Source: a virus
Taxonomy: Duplodnaviria > Caudoviricetes
Virus record (IMG/VR): IMGVR_UViG_3300032322_001418
Span: 1 to 63,541 of that record
Strand: one strand, 5' to 3'
DNA: 63,541 nt
Positions 46,337-56,600 of the stretch are shown here, one piece after another. The notes beneath the pieces were generated by a model, which saw only the letters and a list, made by a program, of their open reading frames with translations, did not search any database and was not told where the DNA came from. The translations under genes were made by a program, and so were the position numbers. Position 1 is the stretch's first letter. Each line of letters opens with the position of its first letter.

Positions 46337-47635
46337 ATGGCACGACTTCCAGAGCCGGACTACATGCAGGCAGAGCGCCAGAGGCTCGCTGGGGCGCTAC
46401 AGGCGGCCCCTGAGGGCTCCGCTGGCGGGCCTGCCCTGACCACCTACCCCATGGATGGGCCGGGCGCTGTGCCCGGCCCAGCGTTGCAGATGAGGCCTGT
46501 GCAGGTCCAAGAAGGTTCCATGGGGCAGCCGCCGCCAGCTCCGGCAGGGCAGGCTCCGGCTGGGGCTCCCCCTTCTCAGCCGGCTCTTGCCAACCCGCAG
46601 CAGGCGGCTGCCCCACCCCCGATGACGCCGATCCAGATGATCGAGGAGACGCCCCCGGAGGTGCTGCTGGAGACTGCCGAGCAGTCTGCCGATGTCACCA
46701 GCAGGACGGTCAAGAGCAACCCGGATGCCGCCCCGCAGGTCAATGCTGCGCTGCAGCAGGCCGGCGTCAATGTCGAGGAGGCAGTCACTGACCTGACTGA
46801 CCGGCTTCTCGACAAGGCCGCCAAGCGGGCCAAGGGTCGCGAGTCGCCCCAGTACAACGAGACTGAGTGGAAAAACCGCTGGAAGAACGTGTTCAACGTC
46901 ATCCCGCGAGACCAGATGGGCCTATTCCTGATGGACTTCGGCTTGCGCCTGATGGCCGCTGGTGGCAGCGGTCAGGGGAACCTAGCCAGCCATATCGGTC
47001 AGGCCGGTCACGGAGCCCTCGGCGGGGTGATGGAGCGCAAGGCAGCCTCCGAAAAGACGGCGCGCGAAGCTGAGGCTGAGGCTGGCAAGACTGCCGCAAC
47101 AATGGTCGGGGTGCAGTTGGAGGCAAACCGCGCCAAGCTGGAGGCTGCGAAGGACAAGCAGATCCTGCCTGACAAGATCGTCTATGACGAAAACGATGCC
47201 GCGTTTTTCGACTTTGGCGATGGCAAGGGCCTGACGCCGCTGACCATGAACGGCAAGCCGATCAAGCTCAGTCCTCGCGATCGTGGCAAGAATGGCAGCA
47301 AGTATGCGCAGGAAATCATGCTGGAGAACCTGCGCGCTGTTGGCTATAGCGACCGCGAGGCCATGGATCTGATTCAGGGCGCTCCTACCGCTGCAGAGAT
47401 GCGCTTCAAGTTCGCCCAGACGTTCGATGACCTTGCGTTCAATCAGAGCGCACGCGCGGCGCCCCCGGGCGGCAAGCAGCGCACGCGGATGTCAGAGTGG
47501 ACGCCAGCGCAACGCAAGGCTTGGATCGAGCAGCGGGTTGCCGAGGTGTCCGGCATTGCCGGCGGCAACCAGCAAAACGCGACTGGTGTTGGCGGGAACG
47601 GCCCGCGACGCCCGCCGGGGTTCAACGATTACTGA
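46337..47635 (+). CDS. Putative ejection protein
   Basis: Pro/Ala-rich N-terminus, FLMDFGLRLMAAG amphipathic segment; lies between ejection genes. Confidence 0.65.
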   Translation: MARLPEPDYMQAERQRLAGALQAAPEGSAGGPALTTYPMDGPGAVPGPALQMRPVQVQEGSMGQPPPAPAGQAPAGAPPSQPALANPQQAAAPPPMTPIQMIEETPPEVLLETAEQSADVTSRTVKSNPDAAPQVNAALQQAGVNVEEAVTDLTDRLLDKAAKRAKGRESPQYNETEWKNRWKNVFNVIPRDQMGLFLMDFGLRLMAAGGSGQGNLASHIGQAGHGALGGVMERKAASEKTAREAEAEAGKTAATMVGVQLEANRAKLEAAKDKQILPDKIVYDENDAAFFDFGDGKGLTPLTMNGKPIKLSPRDRGKNGSKYAQEIMLENLRAVGYSDREAMDLIQGAPTAAEMRFKFAQTFDDLAFNQSARAAPPGGKQRTRMSEWTPAQRKAWIEQRVAEVSGIAGGNQQNATGVGGNGPRRPPGFNDY

Positions 47636-47645
47636 GGGAGCATGA

Positions 47646-50600
47646 ATGGCCACCGACCCGAAGGCGCTTGAGCAGGAACTGGATCTCGCCTACCAGAAGT
47701 TCAGCAAGGCCCATGAAGCTGGAGATCGCGAGAACGCCAAGCGCTTCAGGGACTATGCCTTGGAACTGGAGAAGGCGATCGAGGAATCTCGACGCCAGCC
47801 TGCAGCGCCTCAGGAGTCCGGTATCGAGGTAGACGAGGCCGCGCCGAAGGCTGCGCCAAAGCCGTATACCCCGCCAAAGGCCGAGGCCCAGCAGCCTGCC
47901 GACACCGGCATTGACTGGGGCGAGGACATCCCCCCGCCGGCGCGGCGTGATGGCACGCCGATCCTGATTCCGCCCGGCTCCACCAAGCCGACCCAGAAAA
48001 CCGAGATCGAGGGCGGCGACCTGTGGACCGCCATCAAGTACTCGGCAACGTCCCGCGTCTCGAACTATCTGTCGGCTCGCGAGAACATTCGCCGCCGCCG
48101 CAACCTGACGACCTCGCTGGTGGCGCGCGAGCTGCCAGAGGAATGGCGCACTGAGATCGAGTCGTCTGCTGACAAGCCCATCAAGTCGATGACTTTCATG
48201 GAGCTTGATATTCGCGCTCGCCGCCGCTATGGCGACAAGTACGATGAAGTCCTCGGCAGGCTGAAGGAAAACCCCTCCGTAGCCTCGATGATTGACGAGG
48301 CCAAGACCGACTCCGGGGTCAACCTGTACGAGTCGATCATCAGGCCGGCATTCAGTCCGTCCGACGAGTTTTCTGTTGCCGATGTCTGGAAGGAAAAGCT
48401 GGACAGCACGGTCAAGCAGTACAGCGAGTCTGCGCAGCAAGGCAGGGAAAAGCCGTTCCTCAACCCAGAGGCGACCATTGAGCCCGGCACTTGGTTCGAG
48501 GGGACCAAGATGCCTTGGGAAGATCTCGACGCGTTTGTGCTATCTGCTGCTGAGAACTCGGTGCAGATCGGCGAGGGTATTGCTGCCGCTGCCGTTGGTG
48601 GCAAGGCTGCCGGGCCGATCGTGTCGCGTCTGGTTGGAAGGACTGCCACGCCTCAGGCCTTGAGGGCGGCCACCGACAAGGTTGCCGGCCGCCTCGGCAT
48701 GGCCGCCGGCGCGACCTCCGAAGCCTACTCGGTCAAGGATCAGGTCGAGGCAGAGACGTTCCAGCGCCTTCAGTCGCTGCCTGACGAAAAGTGGCAGACG
48801 GACGAGGAATACCACCGTCTCCGCGATGGCGGCCTCACTGATGAGGAGGCTCGCTTTGTGCGGTCGCAGGAGCTGTCTGCCACTGCCGGAAACGTCGCTG
48901 GTGTCGTGTCTGGCTTGGCCCTTGGCGCTCCCATGGGCTACCTGTACGGCAAGCTGGCTGGCCGGCAAAGCGCCGCTCTTGGCTCGCGGGAGATGGTATC
49001 TGCACTATCGCGCAGCACGCTTGGCGCTGCCAAGGGTTTCGCTGGAGAGGCCGCGCAGGAAGGCACTCAGGAATTCACGGAAAACACCATCGGCAATGTT
49101 GCCGTCAGGATGGTTGATCAGGAGCAGCAGATCTTTGCTGGCGGCTTGAACGCATTCCTTGGCGGTGCCGCCATGGGTGGTGCGTATGGCCTTGCTGGCG
49201 GCGCGCTGTCTGCCGCAACCGGCGTGCCCGGCATCGACAAGGAAACTCAGAAAATCCTCGACGCATCGCGCGCGTGGGAGTCTGCAGCCAAGGCGCGCTG
49301 GAAGTTGCAGGCGGAAATTGGCGACCCCAACTGGGGCACCGACATGCTGCCCGGCGAACGCCTGAGAAAGATGGTCGATCTGGAAAACCTCCAGATGGAG
49401 GAGGCCGAGGCATTCAATGGCGTTGAGCCGCTGCTGCGCAAGCAGATGACCGCCAACAACGCTGGCGAGGCTGAGTTTGCGGCACTTGACCGCATGGCAG
49501 CCAGCGCCAAGGCGACCATCGATAGGGTCAAGCAGTCGCGTGAGTCACGCGAGGAATCGCAGCGCGCCGCTGAGGAACAGCGGAAGGTTGATGCCGAGCG
49601 TGAGCAGATCCGCGTCAAGATCGAGCTTGACCAGATGAAGCTGGCGGATGTTGAGCGCATGGCCGACAACATCCACAAGGTTCGCTCCATGCAGGCGCTG
49701 GAGCAGGCAGATTACGAGGAGCTTCAGAGAGAAGGCTACGGTCGGTGGAACGTCAAGGGTGACAAGTTCATCATCACGCCAAAGGGTGTGCGTGCTGCCG
49801 GCGAGCTTGAGCGTCAGGCCGAGCTGCTGAACCAGCGTCTCCAGTCTGGCTACACCGGACCTGAGCGGCGCGCAAACCTGCAGCTGCGCGAGCGCATCAA
49901 GGCGATGAGCCCCGAGCAGCTTGAAGCTGCCGTCTATCTCACCGACAAGACAAACCTGCTGAACAGGCGCGCGTTTGACGAGGCTGAGAAGGACAATCCG
50001 TCTCCTGCTTATGCAGAGATCGACGCAGACTCGGTTGCGTGGGTCAATGACAACTGGGGTCACGAGTATGGCGACAAGCTGTTGTCTGCCATTGCTGATG
50101 CTGTTAGGGAAGAAACAAAAGACCTAGATGGAGTCGCCGCGTACCACAAGAGCGGAGATGAATTTGCCATCACTGGTACGTCGGAGGAGCAGCTTGAGGA
50201 GATCATGCAGCGTGTCAAGACACGCCTGCAGGGTAGCCCGATTGTCAACGGAAAAGAGTCCGTCCTGCCGACAGTAACGTGGGGCACAGGCCCCACCAGC
50301 GTCGATGCAGACAAGACGATGCTGGAACGCAAGAAGGAACGCACCGCTGCCGGAAAGAGGGCTGATCGCAAGGCGCGTCCTGCTACATGGCAATCATCTT
50401 CATTGCTGCTGATGACTGGCGGAGAGGATGTCGATGCCGAGCCTGCTGGTGAGCATGGCAAGGCACAGTTGTCCATGCTGGACGTTGGCTATGGGTATGG
50501 CTTCAGTGGCGGCGAAGGCATGCGTTTTGGGCCAGCGAGGGCAGATGCGCTGGCTATTCCTGCTGAGTTTGCCGAGCTTGTTGGCGATCCCAGCAACCTG

Positions 50601-53600
50601 TCGTTTGTCCGTGATGGCAATGGCCACGAGGCTATCAGCGGTGCTGATGCCAAGCGAATCATCGAGGCGATCGCAGAAAAGCACGGCATCGAAACGCCGT
50701 CGTCTGTAGCTACTGCTTTGTCTCGCTCTCAGGTTCCGTTGCTTGAGGCTGGAATTCGCGTGCTTGGCAGGGAGATTGACCTGTCTGCAGGAACGGTGCG
50801 CTCCATCATTGATGGTGACGCCAAGACGGTCGCCCTAGACACGATGAACAAGATCCTTGCTGGGTTCCGCGTTGCGGTCAGCAAGTCCAGCCCCGGAATG
50901 TACAACGCCGACAGTGAGCAGGCAGCACTGCCCGCTGCATGGGCGTCCAAGATCACGCTGGTAAAGCCGTCGCTGCCAAAGCAGAAGGCTATTCGAGAAA
51001 CCCCGAGGTTTGCCGCAGGCTCTCAGCAGCCGTTTGATTTCGACTTCAAGCCGCGCTACACGACAAGGGCCAAAAGGGCGTCGAGGAAGCACATGCGCCG
51101 GGCTGAGGCGGCCATGGCTGCTGTGTTTGGTCAGTACAAGAACCTTCCGACAGTCACCTTGGTAAACACGGTCGATGATCTGCCAAGCGGCGTGCTTGCA
51201 GACTTGCGCGCCATGGGCGGCAATCCCTATGGCGTGCGCGGCATGTTCGATGAAAAGAATCCTGCCAATGGCGTGTTCATCGTTGTCGCCAACAATCTCA
51301 ACGTCTTGTCTCGTGATCTGAAAAAGCCGGTGTCGTCAATCAAGCCGTCCGAGCTTGAGGGGGCGATCATCGAGACCGCGTTCCATGAAATCGTTGGTCA
51401 CTATGGCCTTCGTGGCTTGGTAGGCAGTCAGGAGAATCTTGATCGTCTTGCTGAGCTGATCGTCAAGTCGTTCCCGCGCGAGGCCACTGCTACTGCGTTG
51501 CGCATCGGTGCAAACATGGCCTTGCCACGCCATCGAGCGCTCGTTGGCGAGGAGACGTTCGCATATCTTGCCGGCGAGATTTTGGCCAAGCGAATCACGC
51601 TTGATCCGAAAGAGCGCACCTTGTTCAGGCGAGCCATCAACTGGGTCAAGACGCTGCTGCGCAAGCTCAAGTTTGATCGGTTCCTGAAGATGACCGATCG
51701 GGACATGATGGCGCTGATTGCCGAGGCGCAGATCTTCGTCAAGTCTGGGAACAAGTGGAAGTTCCAGACCATGAACGGAGAGACGTTGACGCCTTACATG
51801 CGCAACATGGAGATGTTCAAGAACGGAATGCTGAAGGCTGTCCAAGAGGGGACCAAGCCGCTCAACAAGAATGAGCGCGCGGCGCTGGCTGCCAAGGATC
51901 CGGCCATGGCCGGCGTTAAGGAAATGCCGCTGTTCCCAGAGACTGGCACCGTTTCCGCGTACATCGCCGCAGTCGAGTATGCGATGGCAAAACTCGGCTA
52001 TGTCAGCAAGACCGAGCTGACCGCATCTGGAATCATGGAAATGCTGCGTCCGCCGCTGCTGCGGAAGCTGGCATTTGATGTCCATCCTGAGACTCTAGAT
52101 GAAAATGGTCGCGGCCTTACCGATCAGCAATTCGCTGCGCATTTTGGCGTGCCGCTTGAAGATCTTGACGAGTTCTTGCTGTCAAATTCCTTGACAGAGG
52201 AGCAGGTTGCAAAGGCACAAGAGCTTGTCGAGCGGTTCGACCTAGATCGTGACATCTACTCGTCAGAAAGACTTGCGGCCAACAATGGTCTGAATGCCCA
52301 GCAGCTGCGCAGCTATGTCGATGGCGGCATCGATGAGCAAATCAAGCTGTTGCCTCCGCGCGTACGCCCAAAGGTTGAGGAGCTGCTTAATATCCGCTCG
52401 CAAGCGATGAGCAGCAGGGATGATCAGTACATCAATGCAACTCTTGAAATCGATAAACTTTTCAGGGCACCAGCTGACCCGAAGACGACGGTCATCAACA
52501 AAAAGATGATCTTGAAGTGGCTCACTGATGCCTTTGCGCACGTCGAAATTTTCCCGTGGTCTATCGCTGATGTAGACCCAACGGATGCTCAGGCTGTAAA
52601 GCTGGCCTACACAAGGATCACCGGGCAGCGCCCGTTGCTACCCGGCTATGCGCACGACCAGCTCAACGACAATGCGCCTTGGACTGCTGGCGATGCGCAG
52701 TCATTCCTGATGGGGCTTGATGAGGAATTGCGCGAGAGGGTCATCGCCGAGATGGCTGCCATCAAGGCAAAGGGATATGACTACGGATTTGATCCTCAGC
52801 TGAACCGCTGGTTTGATTGGGTGCAGCCAAACAAGCAGCACGAGCATAGCCGCTACACCCCTGCCGGGCTGTCCACCGAGGAATACATGACTGTCGCCTT
52901 GTACGACAAGTCAGCGATGAAAGTCCGCTCTGAAAGCATCAGGCATGGCCACTATTCTGGGTCTGCTTGGCCGCGCGGGAATGTAGGTGTGCTGTTCCAC
53001 ATCAGGCAGAGCGTGGTCAATGATGCGTCCAAGAATCCGCCTACCGCTCCAAACAGCAAGTATCAGGGTAAGGCGTGGTATCTGGTTGAGCTGCAAACCG
53101 ACTGGTTTGACAAGCATCGGTCGCTGAATAGCGAGGCTGCCCGCGTTGCTTTGACGGCTCGCACCAGAGAAAAAGGCGACGCCCTGTTCACGTCAATTGG
53201 TGCGTTCACAGACGTTGTTAGCAGGCAGGTATTTGATGCAATGGTCGAAAAGACCAAGAGCATCATTGAATCAGTCTTGCCTGATGCTGAGCAAGACGCT
53301 GATGCGTGGCTCAGCGCTGCGACTGAATCTGTAAAGCAGAACGAAAGCAAGCGTATTGGAGTGCAACCTGAAAACCTCAGGCAGGTGCTGATCGAGCGCA
53401 GGCTAAAGTCTAGGACCAGCGAGCGGCTTTCGATGCTCGCCGGCGAAATTGTCAATTTCATGGGCGATAGAAACACTCTGTTGCACAAGGCAACTTCGTC
53501 TCGCCGCCTGCGCATCACTGCGGACGCCAGAGAAATTGCCCGCGCCAACAACATGGCGGTCAAGGAATTTTTGTGGGGGATGAGCCGCAGGATCGTTACC

Positions 53601-56600
53601 ATCAGGGAGGCCGCGTCGAATGCCAATTGGTATACGTCATGGAATGGCACGGAGCCGGTCTTCAGCGACGAATTTAAGGACATCCTTACGTTTGGCGAGG
53701 TGACAAGGGCGTCTCTATACGACTCTCGCAGCAGCTATTCGAGTCTCAGCGTGCATCAGCATATCGCCAATGCGATTGGAACTAGCCAGCTATCTAGGCT
53801 TGGCTATGCCAAGAAGGAGCTTAGGCGGGAGCTTGAGCTGCTGTATGACAAGCTTGGCATTGATCTGAGCAAGCTCGATCACGCCATGTCTAGCCTGTCA
53901 GAGGCAAAGGTGTATCGCTGGTCAGTGCCACTTGACACGATCCCGGTCATTCTAGACGGCGAAAAGGCGATGCACGCTGGCGCTGATTCGTTCATCAGGT
54001 CAGCCATTGATTACGTACACAAGGTTGACCATCGCTATTCGTCAGAAAACTTCAGGGTGCAAAGCGACGTTGGCAACGCCGACTCAGACGTATCGATCAG
54101 CTATACGGGATTGGTCGCTGAAAGCCTAGATGAAGCCAAGGAAGTGCTGCTAAAGGCCATTGATCACTACGTGTCAAATGAGCTGCCCCAGCTTTTTGAC
54201 GCGTGGGCAGATGAAGTGGTCGTCAATACAACGAGGCAGCGTGAGCGCAATAGGCTCTCAAGCTCAGACGATCAGGAGCTGGCAAAGAAAACCATTCAAT
54301 GGCTTGGCCTTGAGGAAAAAGATACCGACGAATTCAGCAACGTAACCGAATACTCGCTTGGCCACTATGGAATTGTGACCAAGGAAGACTACGTATCAGA
54401 AAGACTCCCGGACGAGATCGACTTCTACCGCGAAAATGGGGAGAACTACATCGACTGGAGCGCAGAAGAATTCGACGATCATCCGCTTGACACCGATCAT
54501 CCGGAGTATCGGAGCCGTGTCGTTGTTGATGCAGATGAAAATGAAGATGCGACCCTAGCAGATGCGTGGCTTGAAGAACGCAGACGCGAGCGGGTCGAGG
54601 AGATGCTTGAGGGAGGCGGCTATCTGTATCAGATGGCAGAGGAAGCTGCTGCGTCAAATTATGAAGATCAGGTCATCTACCATGCGATCCTTCCATCTGG
54701 AATCGTCAACAGGGATCTTGATCCGATCCCGCAGGTAGAGATTGTTCAGGTCAAGAGTCACAGCGGTGACTGGAGCGTCTGGGTTGACGGAGAGTATGTT
54801 GCCGAGGGTTTGTCTCGCGAGCGAGATGCTGACATAAAATTGATGCAGGGTGTGATTGCCTATCTTGAGGACAATCGTGTAATTGCGTGGAAGCCTGAAT
54901 TCCCGTGGAGCCAGCAGGCCCCTGCGCAGCCAGATCCTGTTGATCGCCCTGAAAAGCCTGACTTTACGTCTTACGCAAAGGCCATCGCAGGGGAAATCGA
55001 AAAGAGCGGCGAGGCAACAGTCGTTGACGCTGGCGTCCTATACGAGCAGGTAATCGATGCCGCGAAAATCACCTCGTCCCCGGTGGTGCCAAAGTCTCAC
55101 CTAGCCAAAGACGAGGTGTGGCGGCTTATTGCCCTGCGCTACATCATTGCTGACGCTGTCAGGCGCGGCATTCCGAAAGTCATGTGGCATGGCGGCGAAG
55201 GAACCAGCAAGCGCGGCGGCGGCCTGAGCTTCACGACCGTTGAAAGAATCGTATGGCGCAAGGCGTCAATGGAAGTCAACGGCAAGACCAAGGACGTGGT
55301 TGTCATCGAGACACCGCGATACTCTGGCAATTCAATCATTCTTGAGTTGTCCGCAGACAGGATTGCCCCTGTCCTTGGCCAAGACGTTTATGAACTGATG
55401 ATGCGCCAGATTGCTGGCAAGGCCCCGCTGCGCGCTGGCGAGGCAGATATCAGCGGAACGCCGCAGCTTGATGATCTTGTTATTGGCCGGGCTGGAGAGT
55501 CTTGGGTTTTGCATCGTGTTGGTGATCCATCGATTCTCAGCATTGCCACCACCAGAGAGGAGATTGAGGGCATCCGCAGCCAAATGTTTGCAGATGCTCA
55601 GCGCAATGGCTCGTGGACTGCAGTCTTATCGCAGTCCCCGGTGCAGCGGTCGATCAGCAGTGGTTACGGTGAAAGCCACGAGGAGACCGCTAGGCTAATT
55701 GCGGATTTTGAGGCAAAAGTCCCAAATCTTGGCGTGTCTGAGGCAGACATCTCGATGTCTGGCGAGATCACTGGGGACATGCTTGGTGGTGGTTACATCT
55801 ACCTAGCAACTCACGAAACAGACTCGTTCATGCATACGCCAGCCGGAGCCGATAGCTATGGCGCTCGGCTGATGGGCGCACGAATCAACTATGACGGCAT
55901 GCTCAACAGGATCTGGTCAAAGGAACTGAAGAAGTACGGTGTGCAAATCACATCCGGAGCTGCTGTCGTTCCAAGCTCAATGACCGCTGACGAAGTTAGG
56001 GCTGAAGGCTTGCGAGTCACCAGCAGCTACAGCGATGCATTTGTGCAGCAGTATGGAACGCCAGTGATTGTCAAGATCAGCGGCGAGACATCCGGCTTCG
56101 CTGTTGTCAGTAATGCTGGCCCGATACTCAATAGGGTGTATTGGACCAAGGATGAGGCTGAGCGTGCGCTGAATGAATTCGTGCGCACCAAAAATGCAGA
56201 GTTGCTGTCAACCAAACTGTACGAGTTCACGATCAATGACGCTTTGAGGGAGGCGTTTTCTGGCCCTGTCGTGCCATTCAATTACGATCCGTACAAGGAT
56301 CCTGTACTGAAGGCTGCGGCAGAGCGCATTGGCAGCCGTAAGCCAAGCCTCAGGTCGCGCATCGATGCGTGGCGCAGGACGTGGAAGGACTCGTTCCTGC
56401 AGGGCACGTTCGATCGTTTCCATGGCATCAAGTCGGCAATGACGGACGCAGACCTGCTGAAGGTCGAGGCCGCCCAGAATCCGTACATCCAAGCACGGCT
56501 GTCCACCTCGCTTGATTCCGTGATGACTGCGGTCATGGACTATGGCCACCCGATCTGGAAGGACGGCATCGTCCAGACGGAGGGTCGTGGGCTTGCTGAA

